The translations under genes and the position numbers were made by a program. From assembly GCF_021028975.2 (NCBI RefSeq), contig NC_059437.1, positions 22,630,001 to 22,694,000 on the forward strand: a DNA stretch of 64,000 bases, written 5' to 3'. The DNA is from Sphaerodactylus townsendi (taxonomy: Eukaryota). Within the stretch, counting starts at the first letter, position 1. Every line of letters starts with the position of its first letter. Positions 12,901 to 22,700 of the stretch are shown here, piece after piece. The notes beneath the pieces were generated by a model that did not search any database, was not told the origin of the DNA, and worked only from the letters and a program-made list of their open reading frames with translations.

Positions 12901-15568
12901 TGATATTTTTTATTTGGACCAGTCAAACTGACGCAAAATATTTTGTATGTGTTTGAGCTCCCTAGGACTTTTTATCAGGCTGGATGATTCAGAATTTTAA
13001 ATGGCTAGAAAGCAGGTTGTTTAGGCCAGGATGTTAAGGTCTGATTTTGCATGCACCCTCTGAGAGATGCAAGCAGGCAGTTAGCTTAATTTTATTGCTG
13101 GTAAGATGCCATTTTACTGGACATTCTCTGGGAAACTGTATTCAGTCCATGTCAGTCTTTTCTTTGCTCTCAGGTTGGAATATGGAAACCACCCTAAGTC
13201 CATTCAAAACTGTCTCAAATCATAATTTAGAATCAGAGCAAGAGTGTCAGGCAAAGTCCAAAACATTCAATTTGTTTGGATCTTTGACTGCCAGTGAGCT
13301 AAATACTCTTAATCCTGTTTAAAATGTAGAAGTGTTTGAGAGCAATTATGTAAATATTTCCCCCCTCCCTCTTTCACAGTGCTCTGGAAACCCACATGGA
13401 GCAGTGACTCATTCCAACACCAATTTAAAAACAAGACAGACTACTTATACATGGCTCCCACCTAACTCTGGATGTCCCCCGGTTGTTACATTCATGTAAG
13501 TGTCATGCATCCTTTAAAAAAATTGCTGCCTTCCTTTAAATTCTCCAAGGGGGCATAATGGCTGCTAAGCAACTGCCACAAGCTCCTTTCTCACTGTTTG
13601 ATTCACAATAATTTCATTCTTCCAGGATGTAAAGGTGTGTTTTTGATTATAATGAACTCTTAGAAACTGAATCAAAGCAGTTGCAAAGTTTCTCCCCTGA
13701 TGCATATAAGACATACAGACAAGTGGTCCATCTAGTCCAACATCCTGTTTGACAATGAGACCAACCCGTTGCCCTTCGGGCCACCAACAGGACATAGAGG
13801 CAAAGGCTTTCCCTTAGTGTTGCCTCTTAGCAAAGAAATTAAGAGGTTACTGCCTCAAATTGAGGAGGCTTCATTTAGCCATCATGGCTTGAAGGCACTG
13901 GTTAGTATTTGGATGGGAGACCACTAGAGTTGCCAGTGTCCAGGTGTGGCCTGGAAATAGAGATCAGTTCCCCTGGAGAAAACGGCTACTTTGGAGGGTG
14001 GATGGCATTCCACTGTGCTGAAGTCCCTCCCCCGTCTCTACCCCCCAAATCTCCATGTGTCTCCATACCCAGACCTGGCAACCCTGGAGACCACCAAGGA
14101 TGTTTAGAGTCATGATGTAGAAGCGGGGAATGGCAAACCACCTCTAAGCATCTCCTGCCTTGAAAACCCCATTGGGGTTGCCATTAGTCAGCTGCAACCT
14201 GACAGCATTAATCAGTGGTGGGATTCAAGTAATTTAACAACCGATTCCGGTGATGTGATTCAAGTAATTTAACAACTATTTGTTGACAAGCGCCATTTTA
14301 ACAACCGGTTCTGCCGAAGTGGCGCGAATCTGCTGAATCCCATCACTGGCATTAATACTACTAATAATAATCATAATTCTTCTGACCATGAAGCAGTGCA
14401 TTCCACATTTACTTGTCTATCCTGAATATATTGCCCATGAACTTTATTGGGTGTACTTGAGTTCAAGTGTTAGGTGCGTGAGAGAAAATCTTTGCCAATT
14501 TTCTGTACTCCATGGACTACTTTGTAAACCTCTATCACGGTAGACTGCAAATGTCCATCTCTCAATGTGTACTGAGAACTCCCCCCCCTTTTTCACATTA
14601 GGGCAACAGTCGCCCTGTCTCATGAAATCTACTGGACCAACATCAGGTCTAAAGTGATCTGGAAAAGTGAGTAACTCTCTAAATCACTTTTTTGAAATAA
14701 GGCCCTGCTTTCAAGGAAACTAACTGCTTCCCCTAAAATAGCACATTCTGCGTGGAAAGAATACATAGCCAACGGAGTGTGATACTAGTAGTGATGAGAA
14801 CCAGGTTCACATGGAAGCTCCCTGGGTGACTTTGACCAGCCTATTTCACAGCCTTACCTATTCACAGGGATATTGTGAATATATCTATGAAGAGAACGAT
14901 GTATGAGCCGTGCAGTCTGGTGGTTAGAATGCCAGATCAGGATCTGGCTGACCCAGCTTTGAATCTCCACTCTGCTGTAGAGAATTGCTGAGGACCTTGG
15001 CCCAGGGCCACATTCTCAGTCTAACAGGGATGTTGTGAGGATAAAATGGAGACGGAAAGAATGTTGTAAGCCACTCTGAATCCCCATTTGTGCAAAAAGT
15101 GGATATACACAAAGTGAGTAAATTAATAAAATGTCTCCCTTGAGCTGTTTGGAAAAACAGCAGCATAAAAATGACATAGATAATAGATTTTTAAAGTCCA
15201 AGAAAATTGTTACATCTGTTGATTACTAATTTGAGCCTCCAAGTACACAGGAAATATATATCTGACTAGCAGATGGTTAAGAAGGATATTACCTGTATTA
15301 ATTGTCTCTATCCATTTTGTCAAGAGTTGAAAATAGGGCAGTGGGCTGAATCCAGAAAGACAATTCTTAATATTCTTGAATGAAAGTGGTGAACAAAACT
15401 GAACCTCTCGTTTTATATTACGTCAGCTTTAGCTCAAACTGGAAAGATCTTAATCTTTTTTTCTACATTGCAGATCCCAAAGCTACATGTGGAGCTGAGA
15501 TGCCAACCAGAAAACTTCCTGCTGCAGCATTGTTATCTCTGCTACTGATTTTATTTGAATACATTTAG
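9954..15568 (+). CDS. Secreted, probably GPI-anchored stand-alone Reeler-domain protein (putative defense protein / FRRS1 N-terminal-like), 198 aa
   Basis: Exons 9954-10161, 12113-12225, 13380-13495, 14602-14666, 15474-15568; all GT-AG, phases 1/0/2/1 consistent, 597 nt. Signal peptide, Reeler motifs FPTGAPASACENMLPGH, YRGLLLEAR, LGFW, CSGNPHGAVTHSN, TWLPP, FMATVALSHEIYW, then hydrophobic C-terminus AAALLSLLLILFEYI*. AATAAA at 15596. Confidence 0.88.
10480..10700 (-). mobile_element. L2-type LINE 3' fragment in Reeler gene intron 1
   Basis: Translation GFSAISPLLWNSFLSEV...LKLTLF resembles the L2 ORF2 C-terminus (AFSVAAPRLWNSLP...LKTxLF). Confidence 0.55.
11973..12008. repeat. Compound (AAC)n(AAT)n microsatellite
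   Basis: aacaacaacaacaacaacaacaataataataataat; produces the spurious poly-L and poly-T/I ORFs in the track. Confidence 0.9.
14213..14348. mobile_element. hAT MITE with perfect 8-bp TSD
   Basis: TIR cagtggtgggattca / tgaatcccatcactg; TSD GCATTAAT at 14205-14212 and 14349-14356. Confidence 0.8.
14906..15130 (+). mobile_element. tRNA-derived squamate SINE
   Basis: tRNA-like head (gtggttagaatgccagat...tttgaatctccactc) and LINE-derived tail (ttgtaagccactctga...). Related copies near 3960-4180, 17455-17640, 42735-42925, 47880-48090, 57060-57245 and 63120-63340. Confidence 0.6.
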
Positions 15569-16325
15569 AAACCAGTATAAGGTTTAGATTTTGTGAATAA
15601 ATCAAAATAGAATCATTTTTTTAACTGCAGAAAAAATGCACTCTTTTGCTCTTCTCTAAGATCTCCATGACGTTCCAACAGACATCTTTATATAGAGTTT
15701 CTGCTTCTTATTATTATAAGGCAACTTTTCTAGCTTCTAGAATGGGAGAAAAACTGGACAATTTGGAGTTAATGAAAATATTATTCCATTGCTGGAATAG
15801 CCACTACAGATTTTCAGTGTACAAATAAATCATATCACCAAGTTTGCACATAATTTGATTTGGTGTAGAACTTACCAGATTTATTGTAGCCATGGTTTGA
15901 AACGACTGAATAAATGTCACTCAGTCAAGCCTAATTAAGCAGATATGGCAATGTTACCTCAAGTTAATGGAACCATTAATGGGCAAAACTATAATTCAGT
16001 CTCCCCATTATAGGAAAGAGTATTTGAGCATATAGTGAAGATATGAAACGTTAACACACCTGATGCAAGTGTTATCATAATATTGCATGAAGATGAAACC
16101 TTTGGAAATTATCACCAGTACTTTGTATCAGGATTTGAAAGAAGAAATGGGGATGGCCAAGCAAAAGACCATCAGTTTCCTCCTTAACCAGATAATAGAA
16201 GCATGGCCACATTTTATGTCCTCCTTCGCCCATTCTCAAGTTTATACTCAGTATGAGGTACATTTTGTTAAATTCATGTTTATTGATATTAAGCTGGTTC
16301 AGGTAGAACTTATCACGTCATGGGT

Positions 16326-19249
16326 TCAGTCAATGTTTTCCAAGCCCTGAAAAATAAAAAGTTAGACCAAGTTAAAGGCTTCTACTACATGCAACATTGA
16401 TGCGATTCAAGAGTTAAGAAATCCTTTTCTAAGGTTTCTGTTTATTCTGTTTATTTTTACTAACAATGGCAAGATCCTGTGCAGTGCAAAGAGAGCTGAC
16501 TGAATAACAGTAATTTTCCTGCCTAGTTCTCCCTCCACCTCTGTTTCCCCTACATGCTTCCAAGGTTGGTAAGCAGACCCCCAGGGCCAGCATGAGGGTT
16601 TAAATGTGAGGCTGCCATAAAGGGGGAGGAATTAGTGAAAATCACTATCCCTTTCTGAGTGGAAGTACCTATGATCAATGTATCTTCAGTGCAACAAACA
16701 AACTCTTTTCTAACATCAGAATTGAGCTATAACAGCTATTCTGGTTGCCATTGGCCCCACTGATGTGATGTCACAGGGCATCAGGCTGAACAGAAAATTC
16801 TTCAGTAGACATCCCGTGCCAAAGCAACAGAATTTGGCACAAAAGGGTTAAGAATCATTGTAATTCATTTTGTTGAAATTCTGTGGACTAATTTTGTGGA
16901 ATAATACAAGGTTCTACATTTCAAAAGATATAATGAATCTGCAAAACTGCAAAAGAAATCCATGACTATGCTGCAACCCACAGTGGCTGATTAGGCACTG
17001 AATGCCTCTTGGCGTAATGGAGAAATTACAGATATGAAATGTGAAACCCATGAGTAACATATACCAATTTAAACAACATAAACATTACATGGGTGCTCTG
17101 GGCATTAAACAGCACCTTGTGGACAAGGAAAACTTGACATGCTTCAGAACCATCTGCAGAAAATTGATTAACATCCATTAAGGACATGGAAGCCAGAGAC
17201 TGTACTAATATTACTCGGGTAAATCAGCCCCAATTCCTGCTGCCCAGAACCCACCAGTGGTTTCCAACTCCCCACCCCACCCCCACGGTCATTTGTTTAG
17301 ATCACAGTGGCTGTTGGGTTTGGGGTTTTTTTGTTATTTGTATGATGAGATAACATGGCAGTCAAATGCCAGCAACCTCTGGAAATGACAAAGGCTGTGG
17401 GACAAACAATGGCAAACAATGGAAGAAGAGGTAAAAGGTTAGGAGTCTATGATGTGCTGTGGCTAATGTGTTAGAAAAGGATCAAGGAGAACTGGGCTCA
17501 AATCCCCACTCACCCACAAAGTTTACTTTAGACCAGTTCGCTCTATCTCAGCCTAATCTAATTCGACGAGTAGTTATAAAGGATAAAGCAGAGAAGTAGA
17601 GAATCACACACATCACTCTGAGCTTATCAGAAGAATGGAGTAATGCTCAGGCATCAGACAGCAATACTGCGCACACAAAAAGGGAAGCAGGAAAAAAACA
17701 AGGAACTTCTTGAAAGCAAAAAAGAGAACTGCCATCCACCCACCCCCATATACAAAGGTCTAAATCCCTGAATTAGTCAATCTCACATTGAAAATAATGG
17801 CAGCATTCAGAATTTCTACAACAATTCTTCATCCAGCACTATTACTTTATCAGTGACTTATTTTCTTGTCCAAAATGTTCTGGCCACATCCTGCTCTGTT
17901 ATCTCCTGGAGATGGGGTGGCTATGAACAGAAGTTAAAGGGTGGATCCCAGCCCAGAATTCACCTAGGGACCAAGGCAGAGGTGAATTGCTGATGAACTT
18001 AAGTCTTCTAATACTAGTTTTGCCCAGAAACTTTGTTCCAAAAGGTCTGTTCAAAACTCACCTTTGATTCATAGTAGCGATTGGTTTGGGAAACACGCCT
18101 GTCCCTTTCCATCAGATACCACTGATAGGTGTTCAGAGCAGTCCGCTTCTCCTATGCATAGAAATGTATCAGATAGTATAGAGGCCAGAAAAAAGAGAAA
18201 TGATACAACTGTAACAGAAAAAAATTAGATGTAAAGCAAAGCTGACATCAGAATCCAAGTGATGCTGGTTTAGGTGCAAAGATTTTTCTGCAACCGCATT
18301 ACTGGACATTATAATCTAACATGACACCCAGTTAAATCTGTAGGTAGGGATACAGTTCAACAGAGAAGGTGATAAAAATGTGTCTGCACCATTTCAAGCT
18401 GCTAATATGGGATTTTAAAAAAATCACTGAATCAAATCTCCACAGTTCTGAAATGGCGACTACTGAAATGCCATTATGTTTTTTGCCACAGATTTATATC
18501 AAAGAGCTCAGTGTGTGCATAGGCCTCTTTGTTCCCAAATTATCAATTCTCTAACTGGGCCAACAACAGCTACTAAACTAGGACAGCCAAACAGGGATTT
18601 AAATGCAGAGTTGTCCAGTCTATTCCATTCTTATTGAACACTGCTTCCAAAGAGCCCATGATAACATATAGAGGTCACCTCTCCCCTAGTTTTAGTGTCA
18701 CAACAACCCAGTGAGGCAGTTTAGGCTTAGAAAGGTAGTGATGTAGTTGTTACCACATAGTAAACCATAATCTGTCACTTTAACTGCTCCTCAATTCAGG
18801 CTGCTCAGTCATTTCATGTGTAATATTGAAATGCTACGAAGTCAGACTAAAATCTTATGATAAAGAAGATTTTTTACAGTCAGATAGGATCGTCGGTGGG
18901 TAAAGTGTCTGGTAGAATAGGCCCAAACCCCTACTCAACCACAAATCTCACTGGTGATCTAGGAACAGTCACACACGCTTTCAAATTAGCCTACCTTACA
19001 GGGTTGCTGTGCGGATAAAGTAAAAGAAAACATGACATACCGCCCTTAAGCTCACGGGAGAAACTATAGCATAAAGCATACTCGACAGAAAGAGTCAGCT
19101 AGGGAGCAAAAATGGAAACCTTCTTTTCACGGCTGACACACGCTCACCTTTCCCCCATTCGTGTATTTGTGGATCCTGGTGGTGGAGAATCCAGGGATAC
19201 ACAAACAGACATACATGACGGTCAAAGCGGGCAGGATCTCGTACCACAT
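16326..19249 (-). CDS. NDUFA1: NADH:ubiquinone oxidoreductase subunit A1 (MWFE), 70 aa, 3 exons
   Basis: Exons 19249-19148 ([34 protein letters not shown]), 18151-18062 ([30 protein letters not shown]), 16346-16326 (GLENID*). GT-AG introns; AATAAA on the minus strand at 16279-16284. Not in the ORF track. Confidence 0.97.
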
Positions 19250-19757
19250 CTCGACATTCGCACGCCACTAACCTTCTCGCCTTAATCCGGACACACAATA
19301 ATCACTACGCATGTGCGAAAGGATTCACCCGCACTCCCGACCTTGCCCAGAATGCGCCGCGCAATATCGCATTCGTCAGTGGCTGTTGCTATGGAAACTA
19401 GAAAATAAATGCCAAGGCGTGTTTTTGATATTACATTCGGTATTTTGTTTTCCCAATGGCTTAAAAAAATAAAATAAACAAATTGGTTACGTATGTGAAT
19501 GACCGGTGCATGCCGGGAATAAGCAGTTATGTGATGTATCACCGAAGGCTGTGATGATCGTGGAGCATGCTGGGAGTTGCGGGTACGTCAGGAATAGTAC
19601 TCTCCATGGCAACCGTGAGGCCTGGCGTGGTGGAAGAGGCGTCGTTTTGGGGGCGGCTCTTCGTTCGCTATTCCCGCGAGAGTAGGGATGGCTGATCCGC
19701 GCCCCGAGCGGAGCTGAGGCGGACGGAGAAGGGAGGCTCAGGCCCGCCACACCGAGG
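19250..19757. promoter_or_regulatory. Bidirectional CpG-island promoter NDUFA1/UPF3B
   Basis: Head-to-head ATGs ~0.5 kb apart; CpG-rich; NRF1-like tacgcatgtgcg (19306-19317); X-box-like GTTGCTATGGAAAC (19385-19398) and CTCCATGGCAAC (19602-19613). Confidence 0.8.
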
Positions 19758-22700
19758 ATGAAGGAGGATAAGGAAAACGCCAGGCCGAAGGAGAAGCGAG
19801 GCGGGCCTCTCACCCCGACCGGGTTCGGAGCGGCCATGGGCGGAGCGGACGCCAAAGCGGGTGGCGAGCCTGACAAGCTCGAACGGCCCAAGGACAAGAA
19901 AGAGACGCTCCTCAAGGTGCGGCCCTGCTTGCCTAAAGGCGTTCAGCGGGGCTTTGTGGATGCAGTCGGGCTTTTCTGTGACCTCTGCTTCTTCAGACTG
20001 GGTTGTGGTTAGAGTGTTTCCATGCCTTTAGAAAACTATCATGTCAAGACGGACCCGCCTCCTTGACGTGCTAGTTTTCTCCCTGCGGGGACTTTTGTTA
20101 TTATTGGGCCGGAGAGCAGTCAAGCATATGAACTCATGTTGAGCTTTCGGTACATCCAGTTGCTGTAATCTTGAGGTCTTCTTGAATAGTCCCGTTTTTG
20201 GCTGCCCTGACTAATTGCATATAGAAAGGGAGCGAGAAGAATGTGAGGCTGAGCCTTCCAAGCTAATTTTCCACGTGTAGGGATATGTAGGACTGAACAT
20301 TAAAACTTGACCTGCCGTCAGCATCTCCTCTCGTTGAGCTTACTGTCAGGTGCTGGGGCTGTTCGTTGGCTTTACCGTTTCTGGCTGTGTTAGGAGTGTG
20401 TATGTTTCCGGTTTTGACGAATTATATGTAAACAACCAGTGCACCAAGAGGAAGATTATGATGAAACCATTTCTCTGACATGGTTGCTTTCTGTGTGCTG
20501 GTAGAATTGTGTGCCTTCAAAACGCACAAGCTCCCCACTGCCATCAGTTTGAAGTCATGTGATCCAAGGCAAGTATTGATTTATTTTGTTGACTGCAAAC
20601 TGGCCTCAAGTTGTGCTTCTCTCTTCACATTAATGGCTTCAGGAGAGATGAGGCACAAATTAGCTTTCTCTGCAATTGGTGATCACTGTTGTAAGGTACT
20701 AAAGTGAGCTCTGCAATAGCAAAAATACAATAAAGGAGGTGTTTGCAACTTGGTGTGCAGTTGGTTTTTTTATTGTTGTACAAACCCCCATTATAAATAA
20801 CAGATAGTGTATTATTTTTAAGTGTATTTTAGTGGAGAGAATGTGGTCTGGAAAAGTTTTGAACTTCTACCCACATTTAGGTCCAACTGTACTGTCCTTT
20901 TGCTAGAGTTCTGTAATTAAACATTCTATCAGAAGTTATTATTAGTAAATATATAATCCCTGTTTCTTGTTAACAAAGAGCATGGAAGCTTTAGTACTTA
21001 TCACTAGCAACAAAAATATGTCTTGCTAATTTTTTCAACAGTGATCTTAGATAATCTGGACTGAGTGGTGTAAAAGATTTTAGGTATTTAGTATTATTGG
21101 GGGGAAACTCCTAATATAATAGAAAGGACCAATGAAGCTACATTTACCAAAGTGTATTACATGCAGAATAAGCATTTGGCTCCTGTGAATGCTTTTAAAA
21201 ATGAAGCCTATTTCTAGGTACTAGAATATATAAGAAGAATTATGCAACATCTTGCTTAGGTGAAACTGTGCTGAGTCCGTTTATGTTTATACTTGTTCAT
21301 CACTGGATCTAAACTTATATGGGGGGGTCACTTCAAAGATCTCTAACTTGTGTTTTGAAAGGTAATAAAATGTTTAAAAAGGGTTTTGCAGCATGTATCC
21401 ACAAAGTCATTTATAAAAAGCGAAACTTTTTTCCCTTTAAGGTAGTGATTCGACGCCTGCCTCCCAGTCTGACCAAGGAACAGCTTGAAGAACATCTCCA
21501 GCCTCTGCCTGAGCATGATTATTTTGAATTCTTTGCTAATGATTCAAGGTAAAAGGAGCTTGGACCCTTGGTTGTGTTGCATGTGACAGTGGCATGTCAT
21601 GATTGTCTTTTCAGTTTTACACCTGTCTGCGTTGTGTATATATTCGGTCATCACTCAGCAGCGTTTCCTTATACATTGCCATTTTCTGTCCTTCTGCAGT
21701 TTGTATCCACACATGTTTTCCAGAGCATACATCAACTTTAGAAACCAAGAAGACATAGTTCTATTCAGGGATCGCTTTGATGGTTATGTTTTTGTTGATC
21801 ACAAAGGCAAGTAAGCCTAAAACTTGGTTCTCTCTGTCATGTCTCTTTAATTTATTTATATCTAGACATATATTAATTGACAAGAAATGAGACTGTAACT
21901 TGGGAAGCGCCCATGTCTTTAAGCCAAGATTTCAGAGGATAACTTACAGCCTGTGCATGATTGTCAGTAAGTCCCAGTGAGTTTCAAAGGAATTTATTTG
22001 CAAGTTAGTTTGCTTAGTATTTCTGCCTTGCCGCCACAATTGTCCTTAATGTATTGTCCTGAACGGAAGTTCCATTAGCATTGATCAGCCTTCCTTCCAA
22101 TTAAGTATGTCTAGGCAAGTGACCCTCTTCTTTTGCACATGCTGAAGCAGCGATGTCTGGAACCCATCCTAAAGTTCCTAACGCTACCGCTTGGGAGCAG
22201 CTTGCAGTGTGTGCAAAAACTGTGTCTTGTGAGGGGCCAGAACTCGTGGCAGCCCTCTTGTTCAGGATCCAGAAGGGCTTTGGGGCCCCAGAATTCTTCA
22301 TTAAACAGATAGATGCACTGATAATTTCTGACAATAGGGAGCTTAATTGTAGTGGCATGGATGTAGGACAGGCAGTCGTGCTCCAGTAACCTATCACAGG
22401 ATGCTGTTTTAGCATCCTTCACTTGAACAGCAGCAGTTGAACCAGCACTACAGGATCATTCTGCTTATATTCTTTTTCTTTCTTTACCATTCTTCATATA
22501 ACCAAATTTATTTTTATGAAGTAGTGCTACGGTAGTCTCTGTTGTTCAAGAAGCACTTGTTCATTGAACTTCAACAGTTAATCCATGTATGTGTGTTTGA
22601 CCAGACCAGTAGCGTTCCATTCATTATAATAATTTTCCCATTTGAAAAAAAAAGAATACATAATCTGCTGCATTGTAGTGTCGGGGCAGTTCACAGGATA

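Noticed and set aside
16087-16350. 87-aa plus-strand ORF
   Set aside because: Antisense to the last exon and 3'UTR of NDUFA1; no homology recognised.
22101-22422. 78-aa ATG ORF and two antisense ORFs in UPF3B intron 3
   Set aside because: No recognisable homology, no convincing splice-site pair or promoter; consistent with chance.
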